38,526 nucleotides of DNA from Armatimonadota bacterium (GCA_046292385.1 JBKBRF010000057.1:1-38526), one strand, 5' to 3'. Shown: positions 26,304 to 35,683, numbered from the stretch's first letter. Numbers and translations are program-made. Notes: generated by a model from the letters alone, not told the origin.

Positions 26304-27110
26304 CTACTTCTCTTCCGGCATTGGCTCCAGCGTGATCAGGAGCGGCTCTGCGAGCGCCTCGCCCAGCAGGAGCAGCGAGCCGCCCGCCGGGAGCCGGCGC
26401 AGGAAGATCGCGGCCCAGGCGCTCCGGTCCTCGCCGACGCGCCGACCGGCGACGATGAGCGTGACGCTCTGGTCGCCGTTGATGCGAGGCAGCAGGGAGA
26501 AGTTTCCGGCAGGGGCGTCTTTCTTGACCGGCACGCGCAGCCGGAAGATCCGGTTGTTCTCCGCCGGCAGCGAAGCGATCGGAGGAGCCGCCTGCAGCGC
26601 CCGGCGCTCCGCCGGAGTGAGCGTCAGGATCCGCAGCTTCTCGGCGCCGAAGGTCTGGGGCTCCTTCTCCGCCGCCTGCAGCATCTCCGGGCCGGGGCGG
26701 ACCGCCTGGATCGTGATCCGCACGCGCTGGACCGGGTGATCCAGCAGCTCCGTGAGCTCTTTGAGCTTCCCGATCGCCTCCGGCGTTCCGGTTACCCAGA
26801 GCTGATTGGCCCGGGAGTCGACCGACCACGCCGTGATCCCCGCCGGGACCAGCGACCGGGCGCCTTCCCGCCCCCGGCCCGCCGGCGGCACGGACGGCAG
26901 CAAGTCGGCAGGGAGCAGCTCGTACTCCTCCTGCGAGGCGCCCTCGGCGATGCTCCCGAAGCTGAGGCCGCCGCCCCCGCTCTCGAGGATGCGCTCCACC
27001 TCCGCAGCGGAAGTGAACCGGAACGGAATCGCCTCCGTCCGGTTCTCCGCCCGCGCGGGCGCGACGAAGAGCAGCGACAGCGAAGCGAGACCGAGGGTAA
27101 GCAGGCGCAT
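26304..27110 (-). CDS. Secreted protein with secretin N-domain (NolW-like) motif
   Basis: Signal peptide; FRFTSAAEVERIL...VDSRANQLWVTGTPEAIGKLKELTELLDHP; CAGGAGG RBS. Confidence 0.7.
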   Translation of the reverse strand: MRLLTLGLASLSLLFVAPARAENRTEAIPFRFTSAAEVERILESGGGGLSFGSIAEGASQEEYELLPADLLPSVPPAGRGREGARSLVPAGITAWSVDSRANQLWVTGTPEAIGKLKELTELLDHPVQRVRITIQAVRPGPEMLQAAEKEPQTFGAEKLRILTLTPAERRALQAAPPIASLPAENNRIFRLRVPVKKDAPAGNFSLLPRINGDQSVTLIVAGRRVGEDRSAWAAIFLRRLPAGGSLLLLGEALAEPLLITLEPMPEEK

Positions 27111-27182
27111 GATCGGGCCTCCTGTGGGCGAATGGTTGGGTGCTCAACAACCAGACGAAAGCAACCGGGGGCTTGTTCCTTG

Positions 27183-27571
27183 GAATCTTCACCGCAGAGA
27201 CGCAGGCTCTCCGGACCTGTTTCACCACAGAGCGCACAGAGGACACGGAGAGGAACCGAACGGGGAAGTCACCGCAGAGGGCGCAAAAGACGCAGAGAGG
27301 AACCCGAACCTGAATTGAACCGCCAAGAGCGCAATGGACGCAAAGAGGAACCAGAAGGGACAAAGCCCGGGGTCGCTGTACGGAAGCCGATAGGTGAGCC
27401 AGGCCCATCCCCTCTAGTTCCCCCTCTGCGTTCCCTCTGCGCTCTCCGCGTCCTCTGCGGTGAATCAGGTCCGGACCGGGGCCGCAGCACGGTGTTCGCG
27501 AGGCGGATCAGGCCCGTCCCTGGCTCCTCTCAGTGTCCTCGGTGTGCTCTGTGGTGAAAAAAGGTTCGGAG
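27183..27571. mobile_element. Family D composite element, copy 3 (inverted)
   Basis: Reverse complement reproduces 21785-21990, including GGGGAACTAGAGGGGATGGGCC and GGGCCTGATCCGCCTC. Confidence 0.72.
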
Positions 27572-27572
27572 C

Positions 27573-28889
27573 TCACTTCAACGAAGCCGCCTGCTTCTGG
27601 ATCTTGCGCACCGCCTCCGCGATCTGGTCCATGTCCCGGCGGCTGCCGAGGAGCATCGTCTGGGCGAGCCAGACCGCTTCTTCGCAGAGGCGGTCGTTCT
27701 CCGGGGTGCGGTTCCGCTCGGCGTGCTCCCGCAGGCGCTCCGGGGAGTAGACCGCCTTGAAGGCGCGGGACTCGAGCGTGTTCTTCAAGAACGGCTGCCG
27801 GTTGAGCGGGGTGTAGCCGCCGGAGCAGGGGACCCCTTCCGCCTGGAGCGCCTGCAGGAAGCGCGCGCGCGGAACGCCGGCAAAGCCCTGCGGGTCGTAC
27901 CGGAACATGTAGAGATGGTAGGCGTTGCGGGTGCAGCCCTCGTACATCCGCGCGGGGCGGATGCCGGGGATCTCCTTGAGCTGCGCGGTGAGGTAGGCGG
28001 CGTTCTGCTCCCGCACGCGCGACTGCTCCTCCAGCCGGGTCATCTGCTCCAGCAGCAGCGCGCCCTGGAACTCGGTCATCCGCAGGTTGCACCCTTCGGC
28101 CGGGCTGATGCTGCCGCCGCGGGGGACGAACCCCTGGTTGTGGACCGCGAAGCAGCGCTCGTACAGCTCCTTGTTGCTGGTCACCACCGCGCCGCCCTCG
28201 CCGCTGTTCAGGTTCTTGGACGCCTGGAAGCTGAAGCAGCCGAGGTCGCCGAGGGTGCCGACCTTCTTCCCGCGCCACTCCGCCAGGTGGCTCTGGCAGG
28301 CGTCTTCCAGCACCGGGAGGCGGTGCTTCTTCCCGACGGCGAGGATCGTGTCGAGATCGGCCGCGCCGCCGCCGAGGTGGACCGGCAGGATGCAGGCGGT
28401 GCGCGGAGTGATCGCCGCCTCGATCTTGCGGGCGTCGATCTGGAACGTCTCCGGGTCGCTGTCCACGAAGACCGGCAGCGCGTGCTGCAGCAGCACGGCG
28501 TTCACCGTGGCGATGAAGGTGTAGGGCGGGACGATCACCTCGTCGCCGGGGCCGATGCCGAGCGCCTTGAGGGAGGTGAAGAGGGCGGTGGTGCCGCTCG
28601 TCACCGCCAGGGCGTGCCCGGCGCCGAGCTGCTTCGCCCAGCGCTCCTCGAAGCGGCTGACGTTGTTGCCGCTGAAGCGGAACCAGGCCTTGCCCTGCAG
28701 CACCGCCATCCAGGCGCGCTCCTCGTTCTCCCGTACGATCGGCCAGCCGGGGAAGCCCTCTTTCCGCACCGGAGTGCCGCCCAGCACTGCCAGCTTCTCG
28801 TCCGCGCCGGCCCGCCGGGCCAGCCCCAGGCCGGCGGCGCAGGCGGAGGCCGCGCCCAGGAGCCCTCTTCGCGACAGGTAGTGGTTCAT
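27573..28889 (-). CDS. DegT/DnrJ/EryC1/StrS PLP aminotransferase with Tat-like signal
   Basis: [29 protein letters not shown] (PLP lysine), GEGG; N-terminal SRRGLLG. Confidence 0.92.
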   Translation of the reverse strand: MNHYLSRRGLLGAASACAAGLGLARRAGADEKLAVLGGTPVRKEGFPGWPIVRENEERAWMAVLQGKAWFRFSGNNVSRFEERWAKQLGAGHALAVTSGTTALFTSLKALGIGPGDEVIVPPYTFIATVNAVLLQHALPVFVDSDPETFQIDARKIEAAITPRTACILPVHLGGGAADLDTILAVGKKHRLPVLEDACQSHLAEWRGKKVGTLGDLGCFSFQASKNLNSGEGGAVVTSNKELYERCFAVHNQGFVPRGGSISPAEGCNLRMTEFQGALLLEQMTRLEEQSRVREQNAAYLTAQLKEIPGIRPARMYEGCTRNAYHLYMFRYDPQGFAGVPRARFLQALQAEGVPCSGGYTPLNRQPFLKNTLESRAFKAVYSPERLREHAERNRTPENDRLCEEAVWLAQTMLLGSRRDMDQIAEAVRKIQKQAASLK

Positions 28890-30247
28890 CGTTTCCCCTC
28901 GGTCTGCTTCACCAGCCGGTGCACGGCGGCGACGAGCGTCTCCTCGACGCTCTCCGCGAACGGGCCGGGCTGCCCATAGTAGATCATCGCCTCGCCGCCC
29001 TCGTAGCCGCCTTCGCGCAGCACGCGGAGCGACGGGATGTAGGCGTAGACGTCGTTGTTGTAGCCGGAGACCCAGAGCCGCTCCGGCCCCAGCTCTTTCT
29101 TCAGGCGGAGGGCGTAGTCGACCACCACCTCGCCGGCCAGCGCCACGAAGGTGAGGTCGTCCCCGAAGCGCCAGACCTGCACCGGGTTCGGATAGCGCCG
29201 GGGCAGCTCTCCGTCGCGGTCGAGCCGGGCCAGCATCGCCTGCGCGTGGCTGCGGACGTAGACGTTCGGGTCCTGCGCCTTCTTCTGCCACTCCTCACGG
29301 GAGGGCGGCGGCGCGAAGTCGACCTCCACCTCCTCATAGGCGCAGCGGAGCGGCCCCTCCACCGGCCGGAGCGGGCCCTTCAGGACACCGCTCACCGCCG
29401 CGGCGAGGCTCTCCCCGTACTCCCGCGCCATTTCCAGCTTGCCGCGCGGGTCGGGGTTGGCGTCCGCACCGCAGCCGGTGACGAAGAGGGCGCGCGCGCC
29501 GGGGTGCTGCGCCTCCAGCCGCGCCTGCGCCCACCCGGCGTAATCGCCGTGGAGCTGCCGCATTTCGGCCCCCAGCGTGGTGCAGTGGCAGGCGTAGCCG
29601 AAGACCACCCCGCGCAGCTCCCCGCGCTCTCCCTCCACCTTCAGCACCGGCACGTCGTGATCGATCGGCCCGTTCGGGTTGATCCGGGTGCGGCGGTTCG
29701 CGGCGAAGCCGGCCGTGCCGCGGCCGAAGGCGAGGCGGGCGGGGCGGAGGTCGTCGAGCGCCTTCCCGATGCACTCGACCACCCGGTCTTCCAGCCCCCG
29801 GGTGTACTCTCGCACCTCCGCCCACTGCTCCGGCGTGAGCCCCTGGTACGCCACGCGCAGGGTGTCGCCGACCACCGGACCGCCGTGCGTGTGCGAGGCG
29901 TTCAGCACCAGCCGCTCCCGCGGCAGCCGGAACCGCTCCCGCGCCCGCCGGGCGATCCGCCGGCTCAGCTCCGCCGGGAAGCCGAGCAGATCGGCCGAGA
30001 CCAGCACGGAGCGGCGTCCGTCCCGGTCCTCCAGCGCCAGCGCCTTCACGTACAGCTCGTGCAGCGCGCCCTCCGAGGGACCGGTCCGCGCCGCGTACCC
30101 CGCCATCCAGATGGAGCGAGTGGGCGTGATCGAGACCGCCGCCAGCCCCGCCCGCCAGGCAGCGCGCGGCGCCGCGTCGGCGTAGGAGAGAAGGAAGAGA
30201 GGGAGCATGACGAGCAGGACCGCCAGCCCGCGAAAGAATTGCCGCAT
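28886..30247 (-). CDS. Neutral/alkaline ceramidase N-terminal domain family hydrolase, secreted
   Basis: Signal peptide, [41 protein letters not shown]. Confidence 0.87.
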   Translation of the reverse strand: MRQFFRGLAVLLVMLPLFLLSYADAAPRAAWRAGLAAVSITPTRSIWMAGYAARTGPSEGALHELYVKALALEDRDGRRSVLVSADLLGFPAELSRRIARRARERFRLPRERLVLNASHTHGGPVVGDTLRVAYQGLTPEQWAEVREYTRGLEDRVVECIGKALDDLRPARLAFGRGTAGFAANRRTRINPNGPIDHDVPVLKVEGERGELRGVVFGYACHCTTLGAEMRQLHGDYAGWAQARLEAQHPGARALFVTGCGADANPDPRGKLEMAREYGESLAAAVSGVLKGPLRPVEGPLRCAYEEVEVDFAPPPSREEWQKKAQDPNVYVRSHAQAMLARLDRDGELPRRYPNPVQVWRFGDDLTFVALAGEVVVDYALRLKKELGPERLWVSGYNNDVYAYIPSLRVLREGGYEGGEAMIYYGQPGPFAESVEETLVAAVHRLVKQTEGKR

Positions 30248-30277
30248 GCTTTCAGGTTCGCGGCATGGGAGCACGGA

Positions 30278-30348
30278 ACCTGTAAAGGAGATGGGGGGAT
30301 GTTCAGAAGGGTGAAGGCAGAGGGATGAAGGCGGAATTCCGAACCCTG
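30278..30348. repeat. Family E element (partial)
   Basis: TGTAA..GGAGATGGGGGGATGTT..GAAGG..CAGAGGGATGA..GGAATTCCGAACCCTGC matches 31681-31769. Confidence 0.65.
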
Positions 30349-30439
30349 CTGTCGAGAGATCCGGCTACTTCTCTGCTTCTGCGACGATCAAGACAGGCCG
30401 GTTCAGGTGAGCACCGGTCTCCGACTGGCCATACCCTGG

Positions 30440-30461
30440 CCCCTAGACCCTAGACCCTAGG
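30440..30461. repeat. CCCTAGA heptamer tandem (about 3 copies)
   Basis: ccctagaccctagaccctagg immediately after the stop of the 371-aa gene. Confidence 0.6.
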
Positions 30462-31577
30462 TTACTCCTCAATGATCTCCACGTTCGCGCGCGGGACGAT
30501 CACCTGCTCGCCGGTCTGCAGGCGGGCTTCCAGCACGCGGACCATCGCGCCGCTGGGGACCTGCTGCAGCTCGTGGGGAAGGGCGGCGACGGTGGCGAGC
30601 TGGCCGAAGTAGGGCTCGCGGATGATCCGGATCGGGGTGCCGAGGTCGAGGTCGTGCCCCTCGCCGGCTTCCCGCTCCTGGCCGCCGGTGCGGGGGACGA
30701 TCACCTCCGGCCGAATCACGCCGGCGCGGATCTGGGTGGCGCCGTTGATCGACGCCTCCTCGCCCTCCAGCGAGGAGAGCAGGCGGAAGGTGCGGTCGGC
30801 CATGCGGATCGAGCCGAAGCCCTCCGTCAGGATCAGCGTGAGCGGGATCGCCTCGTGGCCGGTGATGGCGACGCCGATGTCGTAGCCGAGGAAGTCGATC
30901 AGGTCGCGGTCGACCATCGCCCCCACTACGATCCCGGCCACCCCCAGCGACACCGCCCGCTCCAGCCCCGCCGGCGTGAGGCGAGAGCCTCCGACGATCA
31001 CCTGGCCCGCCATGTCGGGCGTAATCTGCTCCGCGTCGAGCGGGGCGTCGGGCGAGGCGACCGCCATCCGGAGGGCACCCTGTCGCTCCCCGCCGACCCC
31101 GAAGATTCCCTGCACCAGCGCGCCATGGGTCTCCACCACCACCCCCTCGCCTTCCATCACCTCCGCGATGGTGCCGCGGATGTAGGCGGTGACCTCGATG
31201 GAGGTGGGGTTCTCCCGCAGCCCGACGTTGCCGGTGACCGGGTTGATGATCTCCACCACTCCGTCGATCGGCGCCCGCGCCTCGCTGCGGAAGAGGCCGA
31301 AGAAGGAGCGCGACTCCGCCAGGAGCGCCCCCGCCGGCACCCGCTCCCGCTCCACGACCCGCATCGCGCCGGGGAGCTCGTCCGGATCGATCCCCAGGCG
31401 GTCCGCCGCGCGCACGGTGCGGAGGAGGCCGGGAATCTCGGTGCGAGCGACCACCGTATACGGCTCCACCGCCTCGCCCACGCGCACGATCACCTCTCCC
31501 TTGAGGGGAAGGCGGCGCGTCTTGCGGATGATCGTCGCGGCGGAAACCTTGAGCCCGGGCGTGTAGGCGGTGGCCAT
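30462..31577 (-). CDS. Hypothetical protein with barrel-sandwich-hybrid-like repeats and a C-terminal KOW-like motif; probable GlmL partner
   Basis: GEVIVRVGEAV, RVPAGALLAES, RAPIDGVVE, IQG/VQGIFGVGGE-type motif, LILTEGFG, IRAGVIRPE, GTPIRIIREPYFGQ. Confidence 0.8.
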   Translation of the reverse strand: MATAYTPGLKVSAATIIRKTRRLPLKGEVIVRVGEAVEPYTVVARTEIPGLLRTVRAADRLGIDPDELPGAMRVVERERVPAGALLAESRSFFGLFRSEARAPIDGVVEIINPVTGNVGLRENPTSIEVTAYIRGTIAEVMEGEGVVVETHGALVQGIFGVGGERQGALRMAVASPDAPLDAEQITPDMAGQVIVGGSRLTPAGLERAVSLGVAGIVVGAMVDRDLIDFLGYDIGVAITGHEAIPLTLILTEGFGSIRMADRTFRLLSSLEGEEASINGATQIRAGVIRPEVIVPRTGGQEREAGEGHDLDLGTPIRIIREPYFGQLATVAALPHELQQVPSGAMVRVLEARLQTGEQVIVPRANVEIIEE

Positions 31578-31581
31578 CTTC

Positions 31582-31617
31582 TGGTTGCAGGTCGGCAGGT
31601 TGCAGGTTGGCAGGTTG
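31582..31617. repeat. Family A half-element in the 5' UTR of the 371-aa gene
   Basis: GCAGGT(T/C)G x4. Confidence 0.65.
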
Positions 31618-31676
31618 GGGAGCAGTCTCCACGGCCCGCTGCGAACATTCTACCCGAGGTCGGCTGCGTGTCGGGA

Positions 31677-31806
31677 CCGGTGTAAGAAGGGAGATAAGGG
31701 GATGACTGGGGATAGGGGGATGTTGGAAGGACAGAGGGATGAGGGCGGAGTATGGAATTCGAACCCTGCGCTCGAAAGGTCCGGTCCTCAGCACTCCGCC
31801 CTTTGA
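31677..31806. repeat. Family E element
   Basis: Aligns with the reverse complement of 10917-11063. Confidence 0.7.
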
Positions 31807-31847
31807 GCGCCCCCTTCTTTACACGTCCCCCGGCTGCGGAGGGCCTG

Positions 31848-32984
31848 ATGGAAGTCTCTTCTCCTTCGGTTCCGGCAACGGAGGCGCCGAAAGCGAGTCG
31901 GTCCTCCACGCGGGTGTCGCGTGTCCTGCGCGGTCTCGGAGCGGTCCTGCTGCTGCTGGCGGGGCTGGCGACGCATTACGAGGGCCTGCTGCTGACGGTG
32001 CTGTTCCAGGGCGCGGCGCTGCTGATCCCGGCCGGCGTCGTGGTGCGGCTCTGGTCGGCCTGGCGGAGGCAGCTCGAGTACGGGCTCTTCCTGCGGCCGC
32101 TCGCGCCGGAGACGCGGCCCTATCTGCTCCAGGCGCTGCTGCGCTCCGGCTGGTGGCTGCTGGTCGGGGCCACTCTGTGCCTCTCCTTCCCGGCGGCGCT
32201 GCTGGCACCGGAAGAGTACCCGGTCGTCCTCGTCCTCTTCTGGGTGCTGGCCGGAGTGCTGGCGCTGCTGGAGTGGCTGCCGCGGCGGCGGATCTACCGG
32301 ACCGCCAACGCGCTCTTCCTGATCGGCGCGCTCTTCCTCGGATGGCAGTGGGTCCGCGTCCACCTGCCCCCGCCGGAGCCGCGCGTGGTGCTCGATCCGC
32401 CGTTCCGCGGGACCTGGAACGTCTTCCACGGCGGCCGCAGCGCGCTGATCAACCACCATTACCTGATCCCGGCCCAGGAGCACGCGCTCGACCTGGAGCG
32501 CTCGCTGAACGGCCCGCCGTCGGAGCCGCAGAAGCTGGAGGCCTACGCCGCGTGGGACCAGCCGCTCCACGCGCCGGCAGACGGACTGGTGGTCTCCGCA
32601 GTCAACCACCTGCGCGACAACCCGATCGGAGAGACCGATTTGAAGAACCTCGCCGGCAACCAGGTGGTGCTCCAGATCGGGGAAGGCCGGTTCGTGCTGC
32701 TGGCGCACCTGAAGCAGGGCAGCGTGCGGGTGAAGCCGGGGCAGCGAGTGCGCCGCGGCGAGCTCCTGGCCCGGTGCGGCAACTCCGGCAACACCTCGGA
32801 GCCGCACCTGCATTTGCAGGTCCAGAACCGTCCGGACTTCCAGGACGAAGAGCTGCGGACCTTCCCGATCCTGTTCCGAAACGTCACGCTCACCCGCCGC
32901 GGGCGCTCCCGGCACGTGGCGGAAGCCGACGTCCGCCGCAACGACCGCCTCACCGTCCCGGAGGGCCGACAGCCGACTGACTGA
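31848..32984 (+). CDS. Membrane protein with C-terminal M23 family metallopeptidase domain
   Basis: About five N-terminal TM helices; HALD, APADG, GNQVV, LAHLKQGS, GNSGNTSEPHLH. Confidence 0.88.
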   Translation: MEVSSPSVPATEAPKASRSSTRVSRVLRGLGAVLLLLAGLATHYEGLLLTVLFQGAALLIPAGVVVRLWSAWRRQLEYGLFLRPLAPETRPYLLQALLRSGWWLLVGATLCLSFPAALLAPEEYPVVLVLFWVLAGVLALLEWLPRRRIYRTANALFLIGALFLGWQWVRVHLPPPEPRVVLDPPFRGTWNVFHGGRSALINHHYLIPAQEHALDLERSLNGPPSEPQKLEAYAAWDQPLHAPADGLVVSAVNHLRDNPIGETDLKNLAGNQVVLQIGEGRFVLLAHLKQGSVRVKPGQRVRRGELLARCGNSGNTSEPHLHLQVQNRPDFQDEELRTFPILFRNVTLTRRGRSRHVAEADVRRNDRLTVPEGRQPTD

Positions 32985-33008
32985 GTGTTTGACTCTCCAG
33001 GAGGCGGA

Positions 33009-34808
33009 TCAGTTTTCTGCCGACGGCACCGGCAGGTCGAGCGCCTGGAGCCACTCGCGGAGGCTGTGGATGCGCTCGTCGTCGTTCACCGGAAGGGCGA
33101 GGGGGCGGCCGCGGGCGTCGAGGATCAGGCCGGCGACGCCGCCGCGGACCTCTACCGTGCGGGGGCGGCCGGGGCCGGCGCCGACGTCGACCCCGCGGGC
33201 GGGGAGCAGGGTCAGCTCTTTCCGCTCGTCGGCGGAGAGGGGGAACGCCTGCAGGGTGCCGGGGTTGAGCGGGATCTCCTGCCCGTCCATCCGCACTACC
33301 GCCAGCGGGCCCGCTCCGCCGCGCGGGCGGCCGACCGGCGCCACCACCGTTCCCAGGCGGATCAGGCAGTCCCGCTCGAAGACCTGGGTGGCGGCCTCGG
33401 CGTGGACGGTGGAGAGCACGCCGAGCTGCGGCATCATGAAGATGCTGTCGACCGCCAGCTCGGTCACGCCTTCCGGCTGGTAGGCGTCGATCATCATCAG
33501 GGCGCTCTGCTCCCGCCGCGGCGCGTGGCTCAGCACGCCGCCGGAGCCGACCACCATGTCGAGGTCGAGCATCTTCACCAGCGTCTCGCCGCCGGAGCGC
33601 TGCTCGAACAGGTCGCCCATGGTCCGGTCCTGCTGCACCCCGGTCAGGCCGCGCGCCAGGCTCTTGTGGTGGTCCAGCGCCAGGCGCAGCGCCTCCCGGC
33701 AGACCGCCTGCTCGATCAGGAGGTCTTCCAGGGTGTAGGGGATCGTGGTGGGGCGGATCATCTTGTTCCGCAGCCGGTTCCGCAGCTCCGCGGGGTCGAT
33801 CCGGAACGGGATCCAGCGAGCGATGTTCTCCACGCTCGCCTCGGTGAGCACGTTGCAGATCGAGTAGCTCATCCCGAGGTTGGCGGAGACGGTGCGGTTG
33901 TAGACGCCGCCGAAGACGCTGAAGACGTCGGTGGTGGCGCCGCCGATGTCGACCGCCAGCACGTTGATCCCCTCCCGCTCCGCAATCGTCTCGATGATCC
34001 GGCCGACGGCGTTGGGGGTCGCCATGATGTCGGCGCTGGTCCAGGTGAGCAGCTTGGAGTAGCCGGGCGCCTGCTGCATCACGTGCTTCAGGAAGAGCTC
34101 GTGGATCTCGTCGCGCGCGGGGCCGAGGTCCTCCACGTCGAGCGCGGGCCGCACGTTGGCGACCGGGTGGAGGTCGACCCGCTCCCGCAGCACCTGCGCC
34201 ACCGCCGGCAGCGCCTCGCTGTTGCCGGCGTAGATGACCGGGATCTTGAGACCGATGCCGAGACGCGGGCGCGGGTCCGCGGAGACGAGGAGCTCCGCCA
34301 TCTCCACCAGGTGGCGCACGGTGCCGCCCTCGGTGCCGCCGGCCATCAGCAGCATGTCGGGCCGCAGCGCGCGGATCCGCTCCACCCGCTCGTAGTCCTT
34401 ACGGCCGTCGTCGACCGCGACCGTGTCCATCACGATGGCGCCCGCGCCGAGCGCCGCCCGCTGGGCGCTCTCGCCGGACATCCCCATCACCACGCCGGCG
34501 ACCGTCATTTGCAGGCCGCCGCCGGCGCTGGAGGTGGAGAGGTAGAGATCGGCGCCCTCGCCCGCGGCGTTCCGCGGTGCCAGTACCTTGCCGTTCTCCA
34601 GGAACTTGCGCCCGGTGAGCTCCTCGATCTCCCGGACGGCGTTCACCACGCCTACGGTGACGTCGTCGAACGGCGCCTCGACCGTGGTCGGCGCCTCTCC
34701 GCGGCAGGCGAGGCGGTACTCGTCGCCCCGGCGCTCCACCAGGATCGCCTTGGTGGTGGTGCTGCCGCAGTCGGTGGCGAGGATGGAGCGGATCTCGGGA
34801 GCTGGCAT
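33009..34808 (-). CDS. glmL: GlmL (glutamate mutase L) family ASKHA ATPase
   Basis: ATDCGSTTTKA, SSAGGGL, AALGAGA, AGGTEGG, AVDIGGATTDVFS, RTVSANLGMSYS, GSGGVLSHAP. Confidence 0.88.
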   Translation of the reverse strand: MPAPEIRSILATDCGSTTTKAILVERRGDEYRLACRGEAPTTVEAPFDDVTVGVVNAVREIEELTGRKFLENGKVLAPRNAAGEGADLYLSTSSAGGGLQMTVAGVVMGMSGESAQRAALGAGAIVMDTVAVDDGRKDYERVERIRALRPDMLLMAGGTEGGTVRHLVEMAELLVSADPRPRLGIGLKIPVIYAGNSEALPAVAQVLRERVDLHPVANVRPALDVEDLGPARDEIHELFLKHVMQQAPGYSKLLTWTSADIMATPNAVGRIIETIAEREGINVLAVDIGGATTDVFSVFGGVYNRTVSANLGMSYSICNVLTEASVENIARWIPFRIDPAELRNRLRNKMIRPTTIPYTLEDLLIEQAVCREALRLALDHHKSLARGLTGVQQDRTMGDLFEQRSGGETLVKMLDLDMVVGSGGVLSHAPRREQSALMMIDAYQPEGVTELAVDSIFMMPQLGVLSTVHAEAATQVFERDCLIRLGTVVAPVGRPRGGAGPLAVVRMDGQEIPLNPGTLQAFPLSADERKELTLLPARGVDVGAGPGRPRTVEVRGGVAGLILDARGRPLALPVNDDERIHSLREWLQALDLPVPSAEN

Positions 34809-34844
34809 GGCGGTAGGGAATCCCGGCGAGAGCGTGCTGCCTGG

Positions 34845-34853
34845 ATTGTACCA
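34845..34853 (-). promoter_or_regulatory. Extended -10 promoter of the glmL-like gene
   Basis: Minus strand TGgTACAAT about 36 nt upstream of ATG 34808. Confidence 0.5.
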
Positions 34854-34890
34854 TACCCCCGCGCACGCTCCGGCCACGCGGGAGAGGCGG

Positions 34891-35377
34891 TTACGCGAGG
34901 CCGACCAGCAGCACCGTCTCGATTTCGACCTGCCGCAGGGCCTCTCTGGGCGCGGAGGCTCTCCAGCATCCACCTCCCGGCCTCGGGGTCGTCCGCCTCA
35001 TTGAACTCTCGGTAATAGGCGCACAGCTCGGCTTCGCTGGGCTGCATCGAATCGAGACGCGGGAGGAGCTCCCGCCGGTGGGCCGGGGTGAGAAAGAAGA
35101 AGGTTCCGCCTCGCTGCTCGGACAGGCAGCGCGCCAGCTCGTCGTGCTCGGACTGCAGCAGGTCGAGCTGATGCTGCTCATCCAGGTAGGTGAGCGCGGT
35201 GGCGACGACGACGCCGGGCACTTCCGGCAGGTCCACCTCGCGGCCGTGCTGGCGCAGGTAGTCGTGGAACGTATCCTGCGGTCGCCGGAGCCAGCCGCGC
35301 GATTGCGGCACCGCGGCCACTCTCAAGCCGGAGAGGGCGCTGGCCGGCAGCAGCGTAAAGGTCGCGAGCGACGACAT
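34891..35377 (-). pseudogene. Small hypothetical protein, apparent frameshift near 34948
   Basis: RBS plus ATG at 35377; reads ...WMLESLRA, then continues plausibly only in another frame (REALRQVEIETVLLVGLA*, stop at 34891); otherwise it runs into glmL. Confidence 0.55.
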
Positions 35378-35553
35378 GGCTCTCCCCCTGCGCGTGAAGA
35401 AGCGTCCCGGCTGCGCGCGGCCTGTCGAAGGCCGGCAGCCCACCAAGGGAGCAGTTCCCCGCGCGAGGAACACGCACCTGCCGCCCGGCCGGTCTGGAGT
35501 GCCGCGGCTACGAGGGCTCTTACCTCGTCAGGGCAGAACACGGCGCAGGCCGG

Positions 35554-35677
35554 CGAGGACGTGCCGGATCGCGAAGGTCGCCAGCGAGCAGGAGCAAGAG
35601 TAGGAGCAAGAGTAGGAGCAGGACCTCCCGCTCACGGAGGGTTCGGATTCATCCCTCATCCCTCATCGCTCATCCCT
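35554..35677. repeat. Family C hexamer element (GAGCAA/GAGTAG) fused to a family E-like CATCCCT array
   Basis: CGAGGACGTGCCGG..GTCGCCAGCGAGCAGGAGCAAGAG.. matches the reverse complement of 17281-17343; followed by GGTTCGGATTCATCCCTCATCCCT. Confidence 0.65.
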
Positions 35678-35683
35678 AATGCG

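Noticed and set aside
21785..27571. Repeat/spacer-like modules as a CRISPR array
   Set aside because: Units are degenerate and internally periodic, spacers are shared between copies, and there are no cas genes
33009..34808. DNA mismatch-repair MutL
   Set aside because: Name overlap only; the sequence has ASKHA motifs, not the GHKL ATPase motifs of repair MutL
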